Notes under the pieces: generated by a model
Databases searched by the model: none
What the model was told of the DNA's origin: nothing
The model's input: only the letters and a program-made list of their open reading frames with translations
Source of the DNA: Candidatus Eiseniibacteriota bacterium
GTDB lineage: Bacteria; Eisenbacteria; RBG-16-71-46; CAIMUX01; WJJG01
Direction: 5' to 3'
Assembly (NCBI GenBank): GCA_030628905.1
Contig: DAOVQB010000003.1
Span: forward strand, 9-64,008
Length of the DNA: 64,000 nucleotides
In this document: in pieces, positions 48,810 through 58,254 of the stretch
How the letters are laid out: the number at the start of each line of letters is the position of its first letter
Position numbering within the stretch: position 1 is the first letter of the stretch
Translations under genes and position numbers: made by a program

Positions 48810-50465
48810 TCAGTTCCCCCCGATCCGGTACCAATTCTCGCGGATCCAAGCCCCTTCGCCGCCGGTCGGCGAGGTCCCCGCCTGCACCAGGCCCCAGGCC
48901 TGCGGAAGTGATGCAATCAGATCGGTGGGCAGAAGACCCGCGAGGCCTGCTCCGGGCAGGGCACAATCGGCTGCCAAGCCGTGCAGGAAAACCCCCAGGC
49001 GAGCCGCCTCAACCGGCTCCAGACCCTGTCCCAAGAGGGCGGCGATCACGCCAGCAAGTGCATCCCCGCTGCCGCCAGTCGCCAGCCCTGCGTTTCCACT
49101 GGGATTGATCCAGACATCCCCTGCCGGGGAGGCCACGACAGTGGGGGCACCCTTCAGGACCAAAACACAACGGCGCTGCCGCGCGTAGGAGGATGCGACA
49201 TCCCAGGGAGGATCGCTCATCTGGGACAAATCCACCCCCAGCAGGCGGGCCATCTCGCCTGGATGGGGTGTGAGAATAGCTGGCGGCACACCTTCGGGCC
49301 GCCACCACTTGTCCACCCCGAGGGCAAACAGGGCATCGGCATCCAGCACCATGGCCCCCCTAAGCCGGCCCAGGAGAGCGCGAACCAGCTCCAGCGCCGC
49401 TCCCTCCCGCCCTAACCCAGGCCCCAGGACCCAGACATCCGTGCTCCCGGCGCGCGCGAGGATCGTCTTGGCGGCCGTGGATGCCAGCGATCCCGCAGCT
49501 GTTTGGGGACAGGGGAGCGTCATCACCTCCGTCAGCTTTGCCTCTAGGGCCGGATTGAGCCCCCGAGGCAAGGCCACCGTAACCAGCCCGGCACCTGCGC
49601 GCAGGGCCGCCATGGCGGCCATCGCGGGCGCGCCGGTCAGCCCTGGCGAGCCCCCCACAATGAGGATCTTGCCCACGCCGCCCTTGTGAACGTCGGGCGC
49701 CCGATGCGGCAGAAGCCGAGTTGCCTCTTCCAGTGTCATGAGAGCAATCGGCAATCCCACGTCCTCCTCCACGGAGTGCGGAATGCCGATGTCCACCACC
49801 TGGACGCGCCCGAGATGGGTCCGGGCTGGGTAGCGCAGAAAGCCAGCCTTTACATAGGCCATCGTAACGGTCAGCTGCGCCACAACAGCCTTACCAGCCA
49901 CTGCGCCAGTATCGGCATTGATGCCCGTCGGCAGATCCACGGCGACGACTTCGGCGTCGCGCTTATCACGCAGCTGATTGATCAGCTCGACACAGCTGCC
50001 GAGGACGCCACGAGGCGCCCCCCGGCTCCCGGTGCCCAGCAGGGCATCGACGAGGATCGGACGCTGCCGGCTTGATGCACGCAGCTCTGAAGCTACCAAG
50101 CTTTCCAATGCGCCCTCCTCCGGCACAATCCGCACCCGCCCCCCAGCCCTAACGTAGCGCTCGTACTGGACGGCAGCGTCGGGAGAGAGCTGGTGTGGCT
50201 CGGCCAGGAGAAAGAGGCTGGGCCAGAGATTCCGCTGCTGCAGCAGGCGCCCGACAACCAGGCCGTCGCCACCGTTGTTGCCTCGGCCGCAGAAGATCAG
50301 AACGGGCCGCTGAGACAGGTGCCGGCAGTGGCCTCTGATGGCCGTGAAGATACCCAGCCCGGCCCGCTCCATGAGAAACAGGCCATCGGTGGGCGCGGGG
50401 AGGTTCTCACCAGCAATCGTCCGGCGGTCGCACTCGCGCATCTGAAGTGATGTGACCAACCTCAT
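48810..50465 (-). CDS. nnr: Bifunctional NAD(P)H-hydrate epimerase / ADP-dependent dehydratase
   Basis: YjeF-N (FCGRGNNGGDGLV) and carbohydrate-kinase-like C-terminal domain (GGSGDALAG). Confidence 0.85.
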   Translation of the reverse strand: MRLVTSLQMRECDRRTIAGENLPAPTDGLFLMERAGLGIFTAIRGHCRHLSQRPVLIFCGRGNNGGDGLVVGRLLQQRNLWPSLFLLAEPHQLSPDAAVQYERYVRAGGRVRIVPEEGALESLVASELRASSRQRPILVDALLGTGSRGAPRGVLGSCVELINQLRDKRDAEVVAVDLPTGINADTGAVAGKAVVAQLTVTMAYVKAGFLRYPARTHLGRVQVVDIGIPHSVEEDVGLPIALMTLEEATRLLPHRAPDVHKGGVGKILIVGGSPGLTGAPAMAAMAALRAGAGLVTVALPRGLNPALEAKLTEVMTLPCPQTAAGSLASTAAKTILARAGSTDVWVLGPGLGREGAALELVRALLGRLRGAMVLDADALFALGVDKWWRPEGVPPAILTPHPGEMARLLGVDLSQMSDPPWDVASSYARQRRCVLVLKGAPTVVASPAGDVWINPSGNAGLATGGSGDALAGVIAALLGQGLEPVEAARLGVFLHGLAADCALPGAGLAGLLPTDLIASLPQAWGLVQAGTSPTGGEGAWIRENWYRIGGN

Positions 50466-51157
50466 CCCGCGTCTCCTCCCGCGTTCAGCTCGTCGAGTAC
50501 GTCAAGCAATTCGATGATGTCGTCAATCTCGAAGTCAGCCCCGGAGTGCTTCGTTTGGAAGGTATCTCCGTAGCGCGCGAAAACGGTCTGGATCCCCAGC
50601 CCGGCGGCGCCCCGCATGTCCCGCGCGGGCCAATCGCCCACCATCAGCAGCTCAGCCGGCGGCATCCCCAAAAGATCGATCGCCTTGCGAAAGGGAGCCG
50701 GTGATGGCTTGCGCTGGCCAGTGTCGTCAAAGGTGATGACGTGATCGAATGTGTGCTGCAGCGAAAGATGATGCAGGCGCTGCCATGCCTGAAGACTGGG
50801 CGCATCGGATAGAACCGCCAGGCGGATCCCGCGCCGGATCAGTTCCACCAGTGTGAGCTTCACGTGGGGATAGAGCACCAGAATCGAGTCCCTGGCCCTG
50901 CGGTAGGCAATGATGCCAGCCGCTAGGATGGCGGGCGGAACATGCCCGTAGAGATCCCGCAGCAGTTGGTCCAGGACGTACTGGTACTCGATCCCTTCGC
51001 GATCATAGATCGCATAGATGCTCTCCCGGGCGTCCTGAGGCGACAGGGGCAGGCCCATGTCGAACATGGCCTCAACCGCGGATATGATGGCCCTGTCCTT
51101 CATCTTGACGAAATCGGTCAGCGTGTTGTCGAGGTCAAAGATAACAGCGCGGATCAT
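50462..51157 (-). CDS. HAD-superfamily hydrolase
   Basis: Motif I FDLDNTL; motifs II-IV present. Confidence 0.8.
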   Translation of the reverse strand: MIRAVIFDLDNTLTDFVKMKDRAIISAVEAMFDMGLPLSPQDARESIYAIYDREGIEYQYVLDQLLRDLYGHVPPAILAAGIIAYRRARDSILVLYPHVKLTLVELIRRGIRLAVLSDAPSLQAWQRLHHLSLQHTFDHVITFDDTGQRKPSPAPFRKAIDLLGMPPAELLMVGDWPARDMRGAAGLGIQTVFARYGDTFQTKHSGADFEIDDIIELLDVLDELNAGGDAG

Positions 51158-51253
51158 AGTTCCACCACATCCCGGGCGTGCATACTTTGCTGGACCGCAG
51201 ACGCGAGAATGCGTGCAGTGGTGGGATTCTTCCGTCCGACGGACGAGAATCTC

Positions 51254-51451
51254 CTACTTGCTGGAGTATCCGATAGTGCGCCCGTAGCTGATCTCGCCGT
51301 TGTCAATCCGGATGTTGAAGCCACACTCGGGATTGTTGCATACCCACGCCTTGAATTTAATGGGTGCCCCATCGCGGCCATAATCGGAAAGCGGAATCAA
51401 AACCCCATTCTGACACTTCTTGCATTGTGGCAGGGTGAACTCACTGTCCAT
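51254..51451 (-). CDS. Small zinc-ribbon protein (65 aa), hypothetical
   Basis: CxxC...CxxxxC pattern. Strong SD GGGAGGGGAGG before the ATG at 51451. Confidence 0.5.
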   Translation of the reverse strand: MDSEFTLPQCKKCQNGVLIPLSDYGRDGAPIKFKAWVCNNPECGFNIRIDNGEISYGRTIGYSSK

Positions 51452-51754
51452 GCCTCCCCTCCCCATCTGAGAACAACCCTAAGAGGCGCAGTGCCTCTCC
51501 AGGGTCATCTCCCCCACCCCATCGCACCCCCTGTGCGATCCAGTGCTCCTGTGCAGCAAGCGCCGCAGGGGGGATCTTGGGCGTCTCAGTACTGTAGTGT
51601 CAAGCTTTCCTGCCAGGTCCCCTCCGGCCATGATGCTCCAAGGCATCTGGCCGCATCCCGGCCTGCAGGAGGCAGTGACACTCGGGCGTAACACTATGAT
51701 ATTATCGGCGGCCGGTGATCGATCAGGAGCTGAATCACCCACGAGAGGAGCAAG

Positions 51755-52993
51755 ATGTCTAGCATTCGGCCATTCAGAGCCTGGAGACCACAAGTTGACT
51801 TGGCGCCCAGTATTGCCTCACCCCCCTACGACGTCATGAGCAGCAGTGAAGCGCGGGAGACGGCCCGTGGGAACGACCTTTCCTTTCTTCACGTCATCAA
51901 GCCCGAAATCGACCTGGAGCCGGGCATCGATCCCTACGATCCCAGGGTTTACGAAAAGGGCGCCGAGAACCTCCGCCGGCTGATTCAGCGGGGCGCGTTG
52001 ATCCGCGAGGAGACGCCGTGCTTCTACATCTACCAGCAGCGCATGGGCAATCATGTCCAAGCCGGCGTGGTTGCCGGCGCCAGCGTGGATGAGTACGAAC
52101 AGGGGCTCATCAAGAAGCATGAGTTCACTCGCCCGGACAAGGAGGACGATCGCACGCGCCACGTGAACGCTCTGGACGCCAATACCGGGCCGGTATTCCT
52201 CACCTATCACGCAAGCAACGAGGTGGACGGGATCGTGGACGCGATCCGGGCCGGCCAGCCGGAATACGACTTCGTGAGTGATGACGGTATCGGGCACACC
52301 CTCTGGGTGGTGCGCAAGAGCGAGGAAATCGAGCGGTTGACCAGGACCTTTGAGAAGGTTTCCCCTCTTTACATTGCCGACGGGCACCACAGGAGCGCCT
52401 CGGCCACCCGCGTGCGGGCCATGCGCCGCGATGACAATCAAGCACACCAGGGCACCGAGGAGTACAACTTCTTCCTCGCGGTGATCTTTCCGCACGATCA
52501 GATGAAAATCATGGCCTACAACCGCGTGGTGAAGGACCTCAACGCAAGGGAGCCCGAGGACTTCCTCGCTGCGCTGACCGAGGTCTTCGAGGTGTCTCCG
52601 GCTACAGCTCCCGAGCCGGATCGGCCGAAGTGCTTCGGGATGTTCTTGGGCGCTAGATGGCACCGCCTGGCCGCCAGGGCTGGCTCCTATCCCGCGAGGG
52701 ACCCGGTGGCAGCGCTCGATTGCGCCATCCTCCAAGACAATCTCTTGCATCCGGTGCTGGGGATCGAGGATCCTCGCACGGACAAGCGGATCGATTTCGT
52801 GGGCGGAATCCGCGGTACAGATGAGCTGGAGCGCAGGTGCGGCGGAGACTGGGCGGTGGCTTTCGCCCTTTATCCGACGAGCATTGAGCAGCTCATATCC
52901 GTAGCGGATGCTGGCAAGGTGATGCCACCCAAATCCACTTGGTTCGAACCGAAGCTCAGATCCGGTCTCATTGTCCGGCCGTTGGAGGATTAG
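51755..52993 (+). CDS. DUF1015 family protein
   Basis: Characteristic N-terminus (SIRPFRAWRP) and length (~410 aa). Confidence 0.8.
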   Translation: MSSIRPFRAWRPQVDLAPSIASPPYDVMSSSEARETARGNDLSFLHVIKPEIDLEPGIDPYDPRVYEKGAENLRRLIQRGALIREETPCFYIYQQRMGNHVQAGVVAGASVDEYEQGLIKKHEFTRPDKEDDRTRHVNALDANTGPVFLTYHASNEVDGIVDAIRAGQPEYDFVSDDGIGHTLWVVRKSEEIERLTRTFEKVSPLYIADGHHRSASATRVRAMRRDDNQAHQGTEEYNFFLAVIFPHDQMKIMAYNRVVKDLNAREPEDFLAALTEVFEVSPATAPEPDRPKCFGMFLGARWHRLAARAGSYPARDPVAALDCAILQDNLLHPVLGIEDPRTDKRIDFVGGIRGTDELERRCGGDWAVAFALYPTSIEQLISVADAGKVMPPKSTWFEPKLRSGLIVRPLED

Positions 52994-53026
52994 TTGCTTT
53001 CAGTCTGCGAGCCCTAAGGAGGTGTC

Positions 53027-53902
53027 ATGAAGATCCTGATCTCAGATGCATTCGATCCGTCTCTTCCTGATCGCCTGAAGAAGTTCGGCGAAGTCACGGA
53101 AGATAAGGGCCAGCTCTCCACAATCGAGGTCGTCCTGATCCGCAGCAAGACTAAGTGCACACAGGAGTATATCGATTCCGCGCCCGCGCTCAAGATGATC
53201 ATCCGCGGTGGTGTGGGTCTCGATAATGTGGATCAACCATACGCAAAGAGCCGCGGCATCAAGGTCTTCAACACAGCCGCTGCATCTAGTGTAGCAGTTG
53301 CCGAACTAGCTTGCGCCCATCTCATCGCCATTCCCAACCGTCTCATCGAAGGCCATGTGACAATGTCAGCAGGCAAATGGGATAAGAAGCAGCTGAAGCG
53401 CACCGAGCTTTTCAAGAAAACACTTGGATTGCTCGGCATTGGCAGAATCGGCACCGAGGTCGCCATCCGCGCGAAGGCCTTTGGCATGCACGTCATTGCC
53501 TATGATAAATACGTACAGAAATCTGACCATGCCAAGCTGCTCCCTCTCGATGACATGGTGGCACAAGCCGACTTCATCTCGATTCACACTCCTCTCACTG
53601 ACGAGACCAAAGCCATGGTCAACACCGCCCTGATCGCGAAGATGAAGGATGGTGTAATTATCGTCAACACCGGGCGCGGCAAGGTGATCAATGATGCCGA
53701 CGTGGTCGCGGCCCTCGCAAGCGGCAAGCTGCGCGCTTACGGCACGGATGTGTGGGAAAGCGATCCCCCGCCTGATACATCGCCACTCCTCAAGGCCCCG
53801 AACGTTTTCATGACCCCGCACATCGGAGCCTCGTCCAAGGAGAATCTGCTGCGCATTGGAGATATCATCATCGAGATCCTGGAAGAACACTATAGTGGAT
53901 GA
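53027..53902 (+). CDS. serA: D-3-phosphoglycerate dehydrogenase-like 2-hydroxyacid dehydrogenase (short form, no ACT domain)
   Basis: NAD-binding GxGxxG (GLLGIGRIG), catalytic R/E/H context. SD AAGGAGG. Adjacent to serC. Confidence 0.65.
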   Translation: MKILISDAFDPSLPDRLKKFGEVTEDKGQLSTIEVVLIRSKTKCTQEYIDSAPALKMIIRGGVGLDNVDQPYAKSRGIKVFNTAAASSVAVAELACAHLIAIPNRLIEGHVTMSAGKWDKKQLKRTELFKKTLGLLGIGRIGTEVAIRAKAFGMHVIAYDKYVQKSDHAKLLPLDDMVAQADFISIHTPLTDETKAMVNTALIAKMKDGVIIVNTGRGKVINDADVVAALASGKLRAYGTDVWESDPPPDTSPLLKAPNVFMTPHIGASSKENLLRIGDIIIEILEEHYSG

Positions 53903-53921
53903 CCAGAAGAGGAGATCTAAA

Positions 53922-55007
53922 ATGGCACGCGCATACAACTTCTTTCCCGGCCCCGCTGTCCTCCCCATTCCAGCACTCGAGAGGGCCCAGAGGGAGTTGC
54001 TCGACTGGGAAAACACTGGAACCTCCGTTATGGAGACCAGCCACCGCTCGAAGGAGTATGATGCACTCCACAATGAGACGATCGGTCTCATCCGTGAACT
54101 CCTTGACTTGCCCGACAATTACCACGTCCTCTTTCTCACAGGTGGCGCAAGCCTGCAGTTCGCCATGATCCCCATGAACCTTCTCTCACAGGATCAGACC
54201 GCAGACTACATCCACACGGGCACCTGGTCGAAGAAAGCCATCGCCGAAGCGCAGCTATTCGGCAAAGTGAACATCGCGTTTGACGGTGAGACGGTAAAGC
54301 TCATGCGGATCCCGCAGCAGGATGAATTGAAGCTCTCGCCAGGTGCGCGCTATGTACACATGACGAGCAACAACACGATCAAAGGTACGCAGTTCCACGC
54401 ATTCCCAGAAACGGGCAATGTGCCTTTGCTCTGCGACATGTCTTCAGATTTCATGTGGCGGCCGTTTGACGTCAAACAATTCGGGATGATCTATGCCGGC
54501 GCACAGAAGAACGTGGGGCCCGCTGGTGTGACCATCGCCATTCTGCGCGACGACGTCCTGGCTCAGTGCAAGGCGGAGAACCCCACGCTGCTCAAGTACA
54601 AAACGCACGTTGACAAGAACTCCATGTTCAACACCTGCCCCTGTTTCAATATCTATATGCTGCGCAATGTTCTTGCCTATATGAAGGAAATCGGAGGTCT
54701 CAAGAAGGTCGAGGAGCACAATCGGAAGAAGGCTTCCATAATCTACAGTACGATCGACGAGAACCCCGGCTTCTTCCGCGCGCCCGTCGCCAAGGACAGC
54801 CGCTCATTCATGAACATCGTCTTCCGCCTTCCTTCAGAGGAATTGGAGAAGAAGTTCGTGGCCGGCGGTCTGGAGCAGCGCATGCTTGGGCTCAAGGGCC
54901 ACCGCTCGGTGGGAGGCATCCGCATCTCAGCGTATAACTCCTGCCCCATGGAGGCCGTCGAGAAAGCAGCCGCGTACATGAAGGAGTTTGCCAGAGAGAA
55001 CGGGTAG
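53922..55007 (+). CDS. serC: Phosphoserine aminotransferase
   Basis: YNFFPGPAVLP..., PLP-lysine region. SD GAGGAGA. Confidence 0.9.
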   Translation: MARAYNFFPGPAVLPIPALERAQRELLDWENTGTSVMETSHRSKEYDALHNETIGLIRELLDLPDNYHVLFLTGGASLQFAMIPMNLLSQDQTADYIHTGTWSKKAIAEAQLFGKVNIAFDGETVKLMRIPQQDELKLSPGARYVHMTSNNTIKGTQFHAFPETGNVPLLCDMSSDFMWRPFDVKQFGMIYAGAQKNVGPAGVTIAILRDDVLAQCKAENPTLLKYKTHVDKNSMFNTCPCFNIYMLRNVLAYMKEIGGLKKVEEHNRKKASIIYSTIDENPGFFRAPVAKDSRSFMNIVFRLPSEELEKKFVAGGLEQRMLGLKGHRSVGGIRISAYNSCPMEAVEKAAAYMKEFARENG

Positions 55008-55050
55008 CCCTTAGGGCTAAGGGCTTGCGCGGTGCACTACCGAAACAGGT

Positions 55051-56868
55051 CTAACAACCATCCAGTGCGCAGTAGCGATCCACCTGTGCCTCGACCACCT
55101 TCAAGCTACTCTTCCAGAAATCGGTCGAGCGGATGTCGATCCCGAATTGGCTGGCCAGGTTGGCGGCTTTCCCCGCGCCGGTATTGCGCAGCAGGTCCCT
55201 ATAGCGTGGGATGAAGCTTTCGCCCTCCTTCTGATAGAGCGCGTAGACACCCAGCCCGAAGAGGAGCCCAAAGGCATAAGGGAAGTTGTAGAAGTTGAGA
55301 TCGCCATAGTAATAATGCGGCTTGAGTAGCCACATGTAGGGATGCAAGTGGTTCTGGTCCAATACGTCGCCATAGGCCTGTTTCTGGGCATCTAGAATGA
55401 TCTCACAGAAGTCGTCCGCACTGAGTTCCGCCTTCTCACGCCGCTTGATTACTTCCGACTCGAAGAGGAAGCGAGAGAAAATATCCACAGTCACCTGTGT
55501 CGCACCGAGGAGCTGGTTATCGAGGATCGAGAGTTGAGCTTCGGGAGCAGCTGACTTCAGGGCGGCTTCGAAGACAAGTGTCTCGCAGAAGATCGAGGCC
55601 GTCTCGGCCAGGCACATGGGCGCCCCACTGCGCAGCCGGGGCAGGCCCTTCTGGCAATGGGAGTGGAAGCCGTGGCCTAGTTCGTGAGCAAGCGTGATCA
55701 TGCCGTCGAAACTGCCGTCAAAGTTTGCCAGAATCCGGCTCTCCTCAACCTTGGGAAGGCCCATACAGAAAGCCCCGCCGCGCTTGCCATCCCGCGGCTC
55801 GGCATCGATCCAGTTCTGCTGGAAGGCTCTGTGCGCGAAATCAGTCAGTTCCTGGCTGAAGCGCCCGAATTGCTCTTCGATGAAGTCTGTGGCCTCCTCC
55901 CAGGAATAGGTAAGATTCAGCTTGCCGACGGGGGCAAACAGATCCCACCAGGGCAAGTTGCTCTTACCTAACTTGCGCGCCTTACTGCTCAGGTAGCGCC
56001 GGAAAACGGGGAAGGCCTCGCGGATTGAGCCCAGGAGGGCATCCAGGGTTTCCCGGTCTATCCGATTGCGCTTGCAGGCAGCATCAAGAACATCGTCATG
56101 TCCCCGGCGCCGCGCCAGTGTGACAGCGGCACCCTTGACGCAGTTCAGCGAAAAGGCGACCGGCTCTCGAATCGATTTCCAGCCCTCCAGTTCTACCTCA
56201 TAGGCACGCCGGCGGATCTCCTCGCTCGGATCGTAGGCCAAGTTGCGGATCACGGTCATCGGGAGTTGCTCGGTTTCCCCATCGCGCTCGAAGGGCATCT
56301 TGAGCTGACTGGTGACATTGCCCTGGAGCTTCCACATCACCCCGCCACCCGAAAGCTGCAGCTCGCTGGCAAGATCCTCAAGCTCCGTCTCCATCATGTA
56401 GCGGCTCTTCTCGACGAGGTCTTCCAGAACCAGCCTGTGCTCCTGCGCAACGGCAGATCGGCTGCAGATCCCTGGTATCACAGGCTCGAGAGAACCAACA
56501 TAGGCTTGCAAGCGAACCAGCTGCTTCTTCATGCGCACGTCGAGCTGCTCGATCTCGCTCAGCCGACGGCTGGCCCCTTTGTTGTAGGAGTCGGTGGCCA
56601 CAAAGCTATATACAAAGGCACCCAGTGTTTCGAGCAGCTTGAGCGCGTCATTGATCCGGCGGATTAGTCCATCCAGCGTTTGAGCCGCGCCGGCCAGGTC
56701 CTCCGGGGCAGCAGAGAGCTTCCCGACGCCGTGGGTTTCAATGAACCCATCGAGGTCATCCAACTGCCCCTTGGCCTTCTGCAAATCCGCCTGGAAATCC
56801 TGTGCTTCCAGCCCCCCGTAGACATTTGAGAGATCCCAGAGCGGGAGCCTAGACTGCGTCTTTTTCAT
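55051..56868 (-). CDS. pepF: Oligoendopeptidase F (M3B metallopeptidase)
   Basis: HELGHGFHS zinc-binding motif; typical N-terminus (...PLWDLSNVY). Confidence 0.85.
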   Translation of the reverse strand: MKKTQSRLPLWDLSNVYGGLEAQDFQADLQKAKGQLDDLDGFIETHGVGKLSAAPEDLAGAAQTLDGLIRRINDALKLLETLGAFVYSFVATDSYNKGASRRLSEIEQLDVRMKKQLVRLQAYVGSLEPVIPGICSRSAVAQEHRLVLEDLVEKSRYMMETELEDLASELQLSGGGVMWKLQGNVTSQLKMPFERDGETEQLPMTVIRNLAYDPSEEIRRRAYEVELEGWKSIREPVAFSLNCVKGAAVTLARRRGHDDVLDAACKRNRIDRETLDALLGSIREAFPVFRRYLSSKARKLGKSNLPWWDLFAPVGKLNLTYSWEEATDFIEEQFGRFSQELTDFAHRAFQQNWIDAEPRDGKRGGAFCMGLPKVEESRILANFDGSFDGMITLAHELGHGFHSHCQKGLPRLRSGAPMCLAETASIFCETLVFEAALKSAAPEAQLSILDNQLLGATQVTVDIFSRFLFESEVIKRREKAELSADDFCEIILDAQKQAYGDVLDQNHLHPYMWLLKPHYYYGDLNFYNFPYAFGLLFGLGVYALYQKEGESFIPRYRDLLRNTGAGKAANLASQFGIDIRSTDFWKSSLKVVEAQVDRYCALDGC

Positions 56869-56908
56869 TACCTTTCTCCTTCTCCGCACGTAGGATTGAC
56901 GATCGGGA

Positions 56909-58252
56909 TCAGGTCTTGCGTTCCTTCTTCTTCGCGGCTGGGAACAGGACGTTGTTCAGGATCAGCCGGTATCCGGGTGAGTTCTTGTGAAGCTCCAGAT
57001 CGGTCGGAGGATCTCCGACCCGGTGCTGGTAGTCCTCCGGATCATGCCCCCCATAGAAGGTGAATGTGCCTTTCCCGAAATTACCATGCACATACTTGAC
57101 CTCCTGGGTGCCTGGAGTATCGGCCAGCACCAGCGTCGAGGGCTTGAGTGTCGTGCGGTTGAAGCTGGTCGTCTGACCTAGAAAGCCATTGACCATATTG
57201 ACATGGCACTGCGTCAACATCGTTGGGACGGGATCTTCCTTGGCGGAAAACTCGAAGAGCACGAAGAAGTCGGCCGCAGCCCCGCGCAGCCGGGAGTAAT
57301 CACTCATATCGATGTTGGAAAACTCATAGACGTACGGATTCATCTCGAGTGTGAAGTTCTCGAATGCCAATGTCTGTGAGAAGTCCAGACTCTGCTGCGC
57401 TTGAGGGTCAGCCGGGTTTCCGTCATAGACCGTATCGACGATGTCTACATCCCCCGCAGCCAGGGCGATGTCGAATGTGTCGGTGCCTGAACACATCGCG
57501 AAGAGAAACCCGCCGCGCGCCACATACTGTTTGATGCGCTGGACGATAGCGTGCTTGTGCTGCCAGACCCTCGCGTACCCCGCCTGACGCGCCGTTTCCT
57601 CGAAGAACAACTGACGCTGCTGATACCAGGCGGCGTGGCGAAACCCCGAGTAGAATTTGCCGTACTGGCCGGTAAAGTCCTCGTGATGCAGGTGCAGCCA
57701 ATCGTACTCGACTAGCCGGCCGGAGAGTACCTCTTCATCGTAGATGGTGTCGTAGGGGATCGCGGCGTAGTCAAGCGCCAACACAACCGCATCATCCCAC
57801 GGCTCATCGATAACTAGATGCGGTGCATAGACGGCCACCTTGGGCGCTGTCTCAAGGAGGACGACTTCCATGTTCTGCTCTTCGATCTCCTGGTAGATGG
57901 ACCCCTCCTGCCCAGCAGTCACGAGTTGAATGAAAACCCCCGAGAGCAGCGCCATCCTACGGTTCTCCCTCGTGTCCTCAATCAAGAATGAGCCGCTGCG
58001 GTAGTTCAGCAGCCATTCCACATTCTCTCCCGCCTCCAGCGCGTGGTAGGCCAGCCCATAGGCCCTCAGATGATCCGTTTGGACCAGGTCCATGGGAACG
58101 AGCAACCGCGGCGCAGCCACGGAAGGAAACAGAAAACAGGCGGCCAATAGCCATGCGAACCAGCGGACCGGGCCACACCCTTCACCAGCTTTCTGCTGCG
58201 CACATGGTTTCACTCGGCGTCCTTTCCCTTCGGGATTCGTTGCATGACTCAT
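56909..58252 (-). CDS. Secreted protein with class-I glutamine-amidotransferase-like (DUF4159/ThuA-like) region
   Basis: Signal/TM segment. ...ARGGFLFAMCSGTD... resembles the GGFLFADD core of DUF4159. Confidence 0.5.
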   Translation of the reverse strand: MSHATNPEGKGRRVKPCAQQKAGEGCGPVRWFAWLLAACFLFPSVAAPRLLVPMDLVQTDHLRAYGLAYHALEAGENVEWLLNYRSGSFLIEDTRENRRMALLSGVFIQLVTAGQEGSIYQEIEEQNMEVVLLETAPKVAVYAPHLVIDEPWDDAVVLALDYAAIPYDTIYDEEVLSGRLVEYDWLHLHHEDFTGQYGKFYSGFRHAAWYQQRQLFFEETARQAGYARVWQHKHAIVQRIKQYVARGGFLFAMCSGTDTFDIALAAGDVDIVDTVYDGNPADPQAQQSLDFSQTLAFENFTLEMNPYVYEFSNIDMSDYSRLRGAAADFFVLFEFSAKEDPVPTMLTQCHVNMVNGFLGQTTSFNRTTLKPSTLVLADTPGTQEVKYVHGNFGKGTFTFYGGHDPEDYQHRVGDPPTDLELHKNSPGYRLILNNVLFPAAKKKERKT

Positions 58253-58254
58253 GT

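Noticed and set aside
51479-51793. 104-aa minus-strand ORF between the zinc-ribbon gene and DUF1015
   Set aside because: Pro/Arg/Ser-rich nonsense translation overlapping the likely DUF1015 promoter; no RBS.
56909-58252. Calling the 447-aa secreted protein a true glutamine amidotransferase
   Set aside because: Only the GGFLFAxCSG segment resembles GATase1/DUF4159 and no catalytic triad could be confirmed by eye; it is kept as GATase1-like with low confidence.
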